From Iphione sp. A-MEVVRFRX5 (lineage: Eukaryota), in assembly GCA_976226885.1 (NCBI GenBank), contig OZ320319.1, forward strand, positions 66,278,001 to 66,342,000: a DNA stretch of 64,000 nt. Direction: 5' to 3'. A program made the translations under genes and the position numbers. Within the stretch, counting starts at the first letter, position 1. The number at the start of each line of letters is the position of its first letter. Below the pieces are notes generated by a model. That model was not told where the DNA came from. It saw only the letters and a program-made list of their open reading frames with translations, and did no database searches. Positions 11,501 to 23,500 of the stretch are shown piece by piece.

Positions 11501-14500
11501 ATTTTGCATTGATTAAATTCATCTTTAGTGCTGCCTCTGCAAATATTTGTCACAAATGCATCTTTGGCATAGCCTCCAGAAATGTTCCATTTTCCCTTCA
11601 TTAATGTGGGGGGAGGCCTCAACACACACCCCTTTCTCTTCTTTTTCATTTTTTTTTCAAGTTTTCCTCACATTATGATTCTTTTTACACCTACATTCAT
11701 AATGTTTTCATTGAGTCCCTAACCATGTTTATTTCGTGGCTTGGTACTTCCTCGTGGGACACCCTTGATTGACTCAACAATCGCCCCTAAAGTGGATTCT
11801 GGCTGAAGAGGGGTGGTGGTTGTTGGAGAGACAATCTCACCCTTTCTCCCACCTGTAGGCAAACATAATCAACAATATGATGGCTCTCCTTTACATGGTC
11901 CCCTCAGCTTCGCCTCGTCGACTGTAACTATGATATTTCACTTATAAGCCGGGTCCTTATGCCGGCTCCTTAAGCCGGGTCCTTCCTAAGCCTCTGAGTC
12001 CGGGGAGGCTCTGTCCGTCCTCCCCGGACTCCACACTCTTTACTGGGTCGGCGCATCATACAGTTGAGATGGGGGATACTTTAAATCAGATAAAGTCTTC
12101 GTACCTTCGATTCCTGTTTATAAACACCTCAGCTGTTGCCTTCGTCTTTATAACCAGTAATCCCCAGTCCTCGTACCTTATCTACCATGCATAAAGTTGA
12201 CCAACATCACTTTGCCATGAATAATATTTGGATTATATAGAATGTAAACAAAGAATGCAAATGTCTAGTTTTTGCATCGAATGCAGAGTTAGATGTAACT
12301 GTGGTGTATTTATGTATGTCAGTTTGATGTTTTTATAGTGTAACTTGAGACAGAGGCCAACAGTCCGCCTGTCCAGGACATTTCCCAGGCCAGGAATGTT
12401 GCCCCTTCAAAGTTATTGTTCCCTGCAGAATAGTAGGTGATCTGTATTAGTACATGATGCTTGGAATGTGCATGAAGTACATGTAGTTGCATGGTTTTGG
12501 TACCGATTGCAGGGATGTGGCTTAGGTTAGTGAGCAGGAGATAGTGGGGAGCTGAGTGGGCAACGTCCCGGACTGAGTGAGCAGATTGCGACTCACCAAC
12601 TCCCCCCCCCCCCACCCAACTGGATTCGCAGCTTCGCTGCAGCCGTTAGTGAGGGAGGGAGTGAGTTGACGCATGACGTTATGAGCTGGTGAGAGTAAAA
12701 GTTGTTTGCCAAGGTAACAAGTTTGTAACGGTAGGAGTGGATAAACCACGAAATAATCTGCTCCTTTCATGTACGAACGTATGAGCTTTATTATTTCAAT
12801 ATATTGCCTGAGATATTTTAGTTCCTCGAAATACTTCTATACATAAAGATTAATCTTCTATGTGCATTGATAAAAACGCATTTAGTCTTGATACAACTTC
12901 AGTTGAATACATACATCTTTTCGATACAAATCCTGAAGATGAAAAATGATAATATCTTCAGTATTACTCCTTGATCATTCACAAACTTATGGACATAATA
13001 CAAAAAGAACTTTATTGTCATGTCATAACATTCCATCTTTAAATTGAACACAAATTCACGACTTGTACGATACATTAAAAATATTGCAGTGCATGGACGA
13101 TGGGGGTGAACATGATTTATTTACACGCATTGTATGCAATAGACTGTTCATAGTATGCCCTATCATAGATTTATTGATTGAAGCATCTATTCCTCAAGCC
13201 TAATATGCATCCATCCCTAAAATTAACCTTGTGAGTAGGGAGTTTATTTTCATGTCAAAGGGGAATATTATCCTAAACATGCATGTACTTAGCAAGCAAA
13301 ATGAATAGATATCTTTTAAAGTAGGATATGATATGAGAGGATATATATCATTTCTATTTAGTTACTATTAACTGGGATAGTGTTTGTGATATTAAGCACA
13401 GACAAATTAGTAACATATATATAGACATAGACACAAATATATAATTTTATATCGATATTGATGTCTTGGTATCTAAGTACTACTCATCCTCCCTTTAGGG
13501 AGTTCCCCGAGTTTCCACATTTACACGCAGCGATAAATCAACATGTACTTCTTTTTACTATGGAATAATGTTAAATGAGTCTCACCTTCAACGACCAGTT
13601 TGGCCTCAGTGAAAGCCGTCCCCGCATCGTTCATGGCCCGGCAGGTGAAGACGCCAGCGTCTTCCAGGAAGGATTGGCCAATCACAAGGGTGCACGTTTT
13701 GTCCTCATCGTAGAAGGTTTCGTAGCGCGTACTGCTAGCGATTTCTCGTCTGTTCTTGAACCTGTCAGTATTCAAATGATGAAGCAGATATATCAGTTAA
13801 CTTCAAATTTATTAACTGCACAAACAAAAAACGGTATATATGGACGTCTTGAGAGCGGTGTTTCATAATTTGAGAATGACTATCGCCGTGCACAATGAGA
13901 CGTGTTTCGCTCATTGTACATTTAATAAATGAGAAATTGATTAATAATAGTTTCATCAAAATTTAAAACGCAACCATCTGACTCTACCCTTTGCATATAA
14001 TTACCAAGAGATAGAAACACTACAATGCAATGTCTTCTCGACATTTACAGATGGAAAGTATATGTACAACATGTACTCGTTGCTTCCTATGCTCTCTATT
14101 ATAATAAAACCAAATACACGTATACATGACAGGGCGGGACCTTCGTAGATGTCATTTATGAATCAAGGAAAAAAGTCGAAGGCTTACCATGATATATCTG
14201 GTTTAGGTACACCCTCGACCTTGCAGACAAATGTAGCTGGATTGCCTTCAATGACCACTGTCTTCATCAAACTACGTGCGAAGAGTGGGGACACGAGGGA
14301 GGGAGGCACCTTATCTGTGTAATAAAGGTGAAGAAATAGTCGTACATTCGTCTTCCACCTTAAGTTTCCTTTGTATGAAAGAAAATAATTGTATTGATTT
14401 CGCCTGAAGTAGCAGAATGGTAAGAATACAAAACTCGTACCTATGACGACGAGCGAGCACGAGCACAGGCTCTGGCCGTAGGGGTTAACGGCCAAGGCCT

Positions 14501-17500
14501 TCCATTGGCCGGCGTCGGCGGGGTCGATGTCCCGCAGCTCTAGCTTGTAGACCCCGCCGCGATGAGAGGATATCCGGCGCCGACTGTCCGTGGTGAAGAT
14601 CCTTTTCTGACTGTGGTACCAGGATACCTCCGGTTCCGGCCGACCGGCCACTGTCGTGGGAAAATGGTACAAGGTCGTGAAGCAGGCCTATAGTTGCTTA
14701 GGTAAACATACACATCATGGCAAGTCAAGCAAATGTTTTCCCTACACCTTGGTTGCAGATAGAGCCCTCTCAGCCGTTAAGTGCAGCGCGTCGATACTTA
14801 TAGCTAAGGAGAGGGTAAAATGGCAGTTGTAAAATAGCTAGGAACAGTGTTCAGGGGGACGGGGGCAAACGTAGGAGACCCTTTAAAACGTTCACACAAC
14901 AGCATAGCACCAAAAGAAATTGATCGTGATGCGAAGCTCATTTCTCGGGTATTTCTCGAGAAATACCCATAACTGGTGTGTGCCGAAATGAAGGCAACGT
15001 GCGGGGTCTCATGTTCCGCAGAAAGAAAACTACAGCCCATTGTAAAAGGTCAAATAGTAAAATACATGTATAACCATTAGGATTGTTTGACGTCAATCGT
15101 TATGTATCAATATCAGTAAACATTATTATTTTACACTTACCCTTGACGGTGAAGACGACCTTGTGTCCGGTCTGCACAGAAAGGTCCATGAGGGGAAGTA
15201 CGAACTGAGGAGGCACGTTCTGCAGGCTGGCGTCCGAACCGCGTCTCTCGGCGTAACTCATGTAGTAACCAGCGTCCGAGCTGCGTCTCTCTGAGCTCGT
15301 GAAGAACCCGGCGTCCGAACTATGGCGCTCATACGTAAGACTGTATGGCAAACACATCAGTAAAGCCATTATTGGATTTGAAAGATACCTTACCGAACTA
15401 CATATTTCAAAAATGGCCTATTAAAATGCACATGTATACTGTGGCCACTATGTGGCTAGAGACTGGCAGGCCGCGTGCTCCGTGCTGCGTGAGGAGTGTG
15501 GATCGGGCGTGAGGAGTGCAGATCATGTAGGGAAGTGCAGTACTCTGCACGGTGGTACTGGGGGATCGGCACGCAGCACGGGCGTGCGGATCATGTGCGT
15601 ACGAAGTGCAGCTAGGCCTGGGGAGGCTCTAGGGGTATATATTGGGAGGGAACCCTTGTTCTGCGTTCACTTCTGGCTTAACTGTTCTACTGTTCACTTC
15701 AGCAATAAAGCTCTTTGTTGCATTTTGGCGTCATGTCTTTCCTCCGGAGCGGTAAAAGCCACAATACCTTGCTAAAAGTAGGCACAAAGCTTTTTAATAT
15801 TCCTCTGAGAGGTACATACATTGTACATGTATATCTTGAAGCAAGGAAATATGAATATATTGTCACTAAATGTAATGCTGTCAATCTTAGAAATACTAAT
15901 TCAAAGTAAGATTTTCCTTCTTTTCAAGCTACATTTTATAATGCTAGACGACTCTTTTAAATGCAATAGGCTATTCTGTCTGCATTGTGCTATGACCTCA
16001 ACGGATTGATAGTTGCAATCCCATAACGCACTTTATAATGTAACCGTTAGAATATAATAAAAAAAGCAGTCCTGCGAAATATATCTTTGCCCCTCGTAGA
16101 CATGTTGCAATACAGTTTAGCGCCCTGCCTCCTTACAAACGTAGCCGTATGAGGTCTGATAGGGGTATAGTATATAATCACCATAGTGCTCAGTTATATG
16201 ACTAAATATACTCCCAATAGACGAGGGACTATCAAAGATGGCACTTTTCAATACATATTTATCAAAATTAATCTGTTTCAATTCTTATATGCAGCGAAAA
16301 GACGGCTTATCGTTACTATTTTGTAGATTTGGTTCGTTAGAAGTAATTTCATATACATGTATAACAAAATAGTTAAAGACCTATTCTAAATAGTGATACC
16401 TTGAGGCAATATTCGCCCATATAGGATCAGTGTAACCACAGAATGGCCACGATAAGAATATCTTAGCATTTTCCTTTCCATTGGAAAATATAAGATTTAT
16501 GGATATAAAATCTATATATAAGATTTTATTTAAGCTCTTACCTTACACCACTGAGGCTCTGTGTGTCACTAAAGACATCCGTACTGAAGAGACCAGTGTC
16601 TGAACTACGTCGTTCAACGCTCAGGATGTCTGCGTCGGAGCTGCGCCTTTCTGAATAGCTACTGCGGTCAAAGCTCGTGCTGCACGAGGAAACACAATAT
16701 ATACAGTAGGTTAGGGTAGAGTACTCATGCCAGCCCTGAATGATCATGCCCTGGAGACATCAAACGTTTCTTACAGGAACCATGAACCTTTTTACTTATT
16801 TGTAAATCATTCGGTGGGTTTATTCTGGGCTTTCCGATAAAGCTGATCGGGGGCTCTGTAATGTAATCATTGCAAGCAGTCAAAGATACATGTAGACCTG
16901 TATTCCCTCTTTATTCTAGTAGTATGCCGTGTAATCTTTGTCCTGATGAGGAACGCAAAGCTATAAGTACTGTCTAGTGACATTCGGTACGCAGTTGAAA
17001 ACAAAGCCGAACTGTAAACATACCTTCTTCGATGACCTGCATCGAGAGATCTTCTTCTCCAGTTGGCCTCTGAAAAGATTAATGCTAATTGTCCCAGTGG
17101 CTGCAGTAACCGTAACATTGCCAATGATAAATATTGAGAATAATGAATACTCATATCATAATGAAATACTACCGCTTCCCATATCTCCTCTAAGAGACTG
17201 AAGACGGCGATCATGCTGTGATATATAGTAATTATTGACACTTTGTGTTTACTGTACACAGACAGATACCCTTGCAATTGAATTATATTTTAGGGCCGAA
17301 CATTACAGAGAAAGGATGCTAATCAGGACATTCTTGATTCTTTTCCAAGCTGTTCCTAATTGAGAAGTGTCCCATTTTGATTATTCTTTATAAAATTATA
17401 TACAGTATATATAATTTTCATTTCATTGTATCCTTAACCAGGAATATATTCACCTATCATCAGGACAGGGCTCTTCCATATCTTCCTGAGGTAGCATAAT

Positions 17501-20500
17501 ACCATCTATTATTGAGAATTACGAGACCAGAATACCCAGGGTTCCCCCTTACTCTTATTTTGAATAGCCATCTGGGGTCTTTTTATGCATAGGGGACAGA
17601 ATCCTATAGACCCACGACCTTTTTATGAGTTGTAGACCACTCTGGGTTGGGGCTACAGTACATCTGTCTGGTCATGATCAAGAGTCCCAAGCCGGCGATT
17701 GAACCTGCTACCTCTCAATCAGTGGACCAGTGTGCTACCACTGAGCTAACTCCCCATCCAAACTGCTCTTTGCCTAAGTATCCCTATCAGAGGCATATGT
17801 CCCCAATGGAGGCATGCCCTATAGAGGCTTTCTCTTGTATCTCCAACTGAAGAGAGTGCATTCCCCCATCTTCTAAATCCTGGTTTATTAGCTTAGTTAA
17901 ACATATGTTTAGGATGATTAAAGCTAGTCTTCTAGTTTTCTTATGAATGCCATTCCTTCACTTTTCATCATTCAAATATAAGTTTAAAACTGCTCAAGGA
18001 TGTGCATTTTTCAACTTCTTTTTCTTTCCGTGCCGTTCGTAGCCTACAGGCAATTGGTACATCACTGGCAGACTACAAAGCAAATAATTACATAGAGGCC
18101 GCACTGATCAAAGCAGGCCTGTAGCCAAGGGGGTATCAGGGGTATCGTCCGATATCCACCATAGACATTTCTGACTATAGGCCTTGATAGGAATAAACAA
18201 AATTAATTTGTTCCACCTCTCAGGTATTGGGGGTCCGATACCCCCCCCCCCAGTAAACTTCCTGGCTACCGACCTGCAAAGGGCCAAATTATCTTTTATA
18301 ATAATGATAATATAATGTAGATCACAATAAGACATTGTCACCTTGTGGACAGGTACAGCTAAGTCTCCAGGCCTGTCCGCAATGTAACGTTTTACTGAAC
18401 TTATAAGTAAAGATCAAACTTTTTAAAAATAGAAAATATCACTAAATAATAACGCCGCCTATTGATAGGAAGGATAGCTGCAGATCTGCCTGACTCTCTT
18501 CGAATGTCAGTCACCTGTCACGTGGAGGTCACCGATGGTGGTGCACTGGCCGGAGGCGTTGGTGGCCACGCAAGTGTAGCAGCCTGCGTCATCGGGAGTG
18601 ACCTCATTGACGTTCAGCATGGCCATGCCTCGCTTGTACCAAAAGTCGTATTTGGCGCTGCCCTCCAGCAGCCTTCGATCCTCGTGGTACCTGAAAGATG
18701 CGAGAATCAGATTAATTTGGGTCCTTATGTAATGTGCAAGAAGCAAAGATTGAAAAAATGTTTTCGATACATCAAATGCCTCACAAAGGTTTTCAGTGGA
18801 CAACCAAAATAGCGTATGATTGTGTATACATGTACATCTATATGAGTGTCTCTTTATGCTGCTGTTTGTGTTACTATTGTTGGTGATTCATGACGAGGTC
18901 ATGAACGTTGTTGAGAAGCAATCCTTTAAATCCACAGGCAAGACCTGTTTAAGATCCGAGTAGTGTGTACCTACTAATACGTCCACTCTTTTCTGTACCA
19001 TGTTTCAACTTTCAAAAATATACCTTAGAAGAGTTTAAGTTAGACTAATTGGACGTAATATGCAAGCTGCTTTTGGTATTAGTTTTGGTTACGTCTCGCT
19101 CAGGTCTACTGAAATGATCACCGAAGTGTGTCATTTTGAGACAGAATGATGTTGTTTACACCTGCGGTAAATACGTCATTTTCACCACTAGTCCACAGGA
19201 AAAATGTACATGACCATAGAATCTTTTATAATGGTCTTAGAGATTCATGCACTCATTTTCTTCCATAGGGCATTACCTTTCACGTAAACTTCGTTGTTTC
19301 AAAATCCGACCGTTATCCAGGAAGTTATTGCTGTTTGTAATTTCGCTCTGGTTTGCACTGATAAGCAGAATGTCAACACTACCCTAGATTGACCAATGAC
19401 TGTCGTAGCCTTGCTACCAGTTTCACCGATTGTTTGGTGTCATTCTGCATCAGTATGATGTATTTTGATGATAGGTATATTGGAAGCTTAGGTCAAATTG
19501 AAAACCTTATTGTATAATAAGACATTAGGACTTAATAAACTCACTCAAACCTAGCTCAGCCGTTTATAGATGTTATTGGAGGAAATCAGAGTTCAAAAGA
19601 AATTGAACTGTCTTTTCTATATCTTGTATACTTCTTTGTTTTGTATACTCTAACAATATTTCATGCTACTTACCATGTGATGGTAGGCTCGGGATAGCCT
19701 TGGAATTTGCACTTGAAACGACCAGTGGAGCTTTCATATGACTCAATATTGCTCAGCTCAATGAGCACTTGAGGCGCGACTTCCGGCAATTCTACAAAAA
19801 AAATCAGATGCATTTAGAATGGTGTGTATGTGTGCATGCCTATGTATTCGAATGGAGTTACAAGCTCTCACGAACAAAGGGAATCCTCTAAATATACATA
19901 TCTGAGAGCATTTCTCATAAATTACAAGAGCTGTATAATTTATCCCTACAGAAATCAATGCCTGAAGAGAAAAAAGTCGAAACTGTGTTGAAAACAGTGA
20001 CAAGCAGAACATAAATACCGCCGTTTATATAATTTATACACATAGGAACAAACTACCCCAGTGACACCTAGCAGATGTGAGACCTGAAATTCATTCTCCA
20101 TGACAACCAGGTAGACGCTAGATCCCATTGGCCGTAACAATCAGTCAAGACATTGATTCCCTTCGGTACTCATTTCCACCGCCGAAGGGAACTAGCGTCT
20201 ACCATGACAACCAACCATGGGAACATATAAATACAGGCAACAAAGTTGGATAGTCACAACTCGGTAGCACTCTATGAGGATGAAACACTGCCCACATCAA
20301 CACGATTAAAAATAAAGTGTGTGTATATAGTCCTTTGCATCCCATCTATACTCAAGAGGCAGGATAGAAACAAAGCGGTAGGAATGATAACTGATTCAAA
20401 CTATATGGTAAAAATAGAGTAATTGGGCTAAAAATCATTACACTGAAGGACTCATTCCCCAGCATAGGTCTAATGTTCCACTGCTACACTGTGTAAATGA

Positions 20501-23500
20501 TTTTGTGTGTGTGTGTGTGTGTGTGTGTTTCGGTACGTACGATTTGTAAAACTATACTAAGGAAGAGAGCCGTAAATAGTTCTTGATATTTTCTACCTGA
20601 TCAGGTAGCATCAATTATGTATTGGAACAGGACGTAACCTTGAAGAAGAGAATGTGGAGCCTTCATGGATGTAAAGCAATTTTGCTGGGAGGTTGATAAC
20701 ACGTTTTGGTAGAGATCAATATATTTTCAATATGTCTATCTCGTTTCTGAAATAAACCTGACAAGAATAAATCCATGTGAATTACATAGACGGAGAAACA
20801 TAATGTGTGCATTTGAAAATTGTAAATCTTTTGGTTCATGACTTCCCCAATACCAAAAGCCATGATAGATAGATGTGTGGACATAGTGAAGAGCTCCACG
20901 GAGCTCCTAGAGTACTTCCCACGGGGGCAGAGATTCAGTTACAGTGACAGAGGACCCTTGTAACAAACACTTTAGAAAAAGAAGGCTTCTCTCTACCATC
21001 CCTGCATAAATTGGTTTCTAGAACGTACCCATCTGGATCTCCCGCTCAATGGCATTGTCGGGCATTCTCAGCTGGAGGGCAGCACTGTGCTGCGCCAGGT
21101 GACCAATGCCAAGGACGTCGCGGCGCGCCGCCTCGCGCCACTTCTGCGACTGAAGCCTGGTGCGATGGTGCATCGTTCGCAGCTTCTTACGCTTCAGCCC
21201 AGCCTCGGCTTCCCCCTGAACGGTGCGACAACAGTTGATGAAGATAACATCATGGACTGCGTGTTACAGCGCTATATGCGGTGAATGAATCCGTGTCAAG
21301 TCATCGCTTGTGTACCAGTAACTACGATCGTGGATACTAATCGGATCAACTGGCCGAGGGCTCTGTTTTAGTAACTGTTTATAATAGATAACATTATAGC
21401 ACCCTTTTGTTGTAACGATATGTCAAAATACATGCCCACTGTAAGTTGGTCCGAAAATTGTATATTTTACCTTTAAAATACAAAATAATAGCAAGGACAC
21501 GAGAGGAAAGATTACTCACATTCAGCCAAGGATGACACATCGCATCTCCGATGGTCATGCGCTTCCTGCAAATGAAAACGCATTTCATTCAGCAAAAAAG
21601 AGGGGGGAAAATCCACTTTTGTGGGCTGTATTCGCTTCAAGAAATCGAGTTCCTAATATATACATACCTAAAGCGAGATGCTATAAAGCGCACTATAAAG
21701 AAATACGAGATGGAATTTCTAAGACATTCACCGACGTGAGATTGACCCCTGCCCCTGTCTAAAACTAAGTAGAATTTAATAAAGATTTTAGTATCAGAAT
21801 TTGTAAAGCCATATCATAGAAAGAACAGCATCGCTCGAACCTCTTGTCTCTGACGAGCAACTTTGAAATCCAGTCTTTGGCCTGGGGTGATATTTCCTTC
21901 CAGACTTCGTCCCGGAAGTCAACGTTTGCCGCCAGGATGTTCGCCATCGTGTCCCGATTGGTGGATCCCAGGAAGGCAGAGAGACCGCTGAGACTGAAAG
22001 TGACGGAGCATACGCTCTTTATTATACAGCGGAATGCCACCTAATTAGGGGCACATTATCTTTTAGGGAAAAGCCTCTAAATAGGACACTCTGGGAAAGA
22101 ATAGATTATATCTATTAAAAGTAGTCTTTGATAGGGATACGTCGGAATTCGGGACAGTTTATGAAACAACCAGGGGTATCCTGATTAGAAACTTTCCACT
22201 GTTCTAGGATATAAGTGAGCACCACGCGTGAATAATCTTTCCTTAATGTATATCGTTTTGGGGTAAACGGTAGAGCTATAATCGCGTCAAGGTGTTCCAC
22301 TAGCTGGAACTGAATGTGAATTGCATTTCAAAATAGATAATTATCCCATGTATATAGCTACCAAGATTAACAATTTAATTATGGCTTTTGACAAACTTAA
22401 CACCTTATTGAATCAAACCACAAAACATATCCACAGGCCTGTAGCCAGGAGGTTTTGTGTAGGGAGAGGCGGGGGTGGGGTTATCAGGCGATATCCCAAA
22501 TACCTCGGGGGTGGGAGAACTCTTGGTGACCATCTCTATTCAAGTCTGTATGTAGGAATCTTTGTGTGTGTGTGGGGGGGGGGAGTATCGGACGATACCC
22601 CTCATACCCCCTGTGGCTGCGGGTCTGTATCCACATGTTTTTGTATTACAGCGTTTAAACGAGTGAAAACGACAATATAAGAGCATGATGCTTCTGTGAA
22701 GGTGGTAAAGCGAATGGGAGGTCATCTTTCAATGCACAATCCCCGAACCTCATCATATTCCTCTTAACAATAACCGCCTATTATCCACTGAAGCTTGAGT
22801 GTATACGTATGCACAAAACCTGTGAGCTACCCACATGGAATAAGCGAAGCAGCCTAGGCTCCACATATCAGCCGACGTTCCCACCGTGTCGTATGAGAGC
22901 AGCTCGGGCGCACAGTACTCGGCCGTGCCGAAGAGCACCTTAGTCGAGCCGTCCGGGTCGAGGCGACGTGCCAAGCCAAAGTCGATCAGTTTGACGTCCT
23001 TGGACTGACCCGTCACACACACGACATTCTCAGGCTAAAAGACGAAGAGAGCCGGGCTATGTAATGATATTAGTTACATGATATACGTACATGTAGTGAC
23101 ACATTCTCCATTCTTACCATGAAGAATGTGGGTTCTTATTTTGCCATATGTAGTAGAAGTGCGTGAACTGTCCGATTTTCCGGTATTAACAGGACATTTT
23201 ACTAAAATAAGACAACTAGCTGTAACTTGTCACTTTTTATCACAACATCTGGACAGCCTTTGGGATAGTAAGACTTCATACTGAAAAATAGGTCGCGTGT
23301 AAATGCTACTTAAGGCCAGGATTACTTTCGTATTAGGCCTAATAAAAATATCTGTGTTTCTGGTCACCCGAGCAACACTTATTTGAGTACCAGTAGGACA
23401 TTTTATTTTTTTCTTGATTTGTAAATATCTCAGGATTGAATAGCGAAAGAGACTTTTGCTATTCACCATTACCTTTCTTATGGTTTTATGCTTTCATTTG

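Noticed and set aside
11957-12042. Phase-1 terminal exon VKSVESGEDGQSLPGLRGLGRTRLKEPA-stop after the 13586 donor
   Set aside because: Poor pyrimidine tract, and it lies within a hairpin/tandem-repeat relic
17684-17756. Possible tRNA gene
   Set aside because: A and B boxes are present but acceptor and anticodon stems do not pair; treated as a SINE head
21087-21284. Plus-strand 65-aa ORF MLRQVTNAK..
   Set aside because: Antisense to the kinase regulatory-tail exon 21029-21215, which fits the splice phases on both sides
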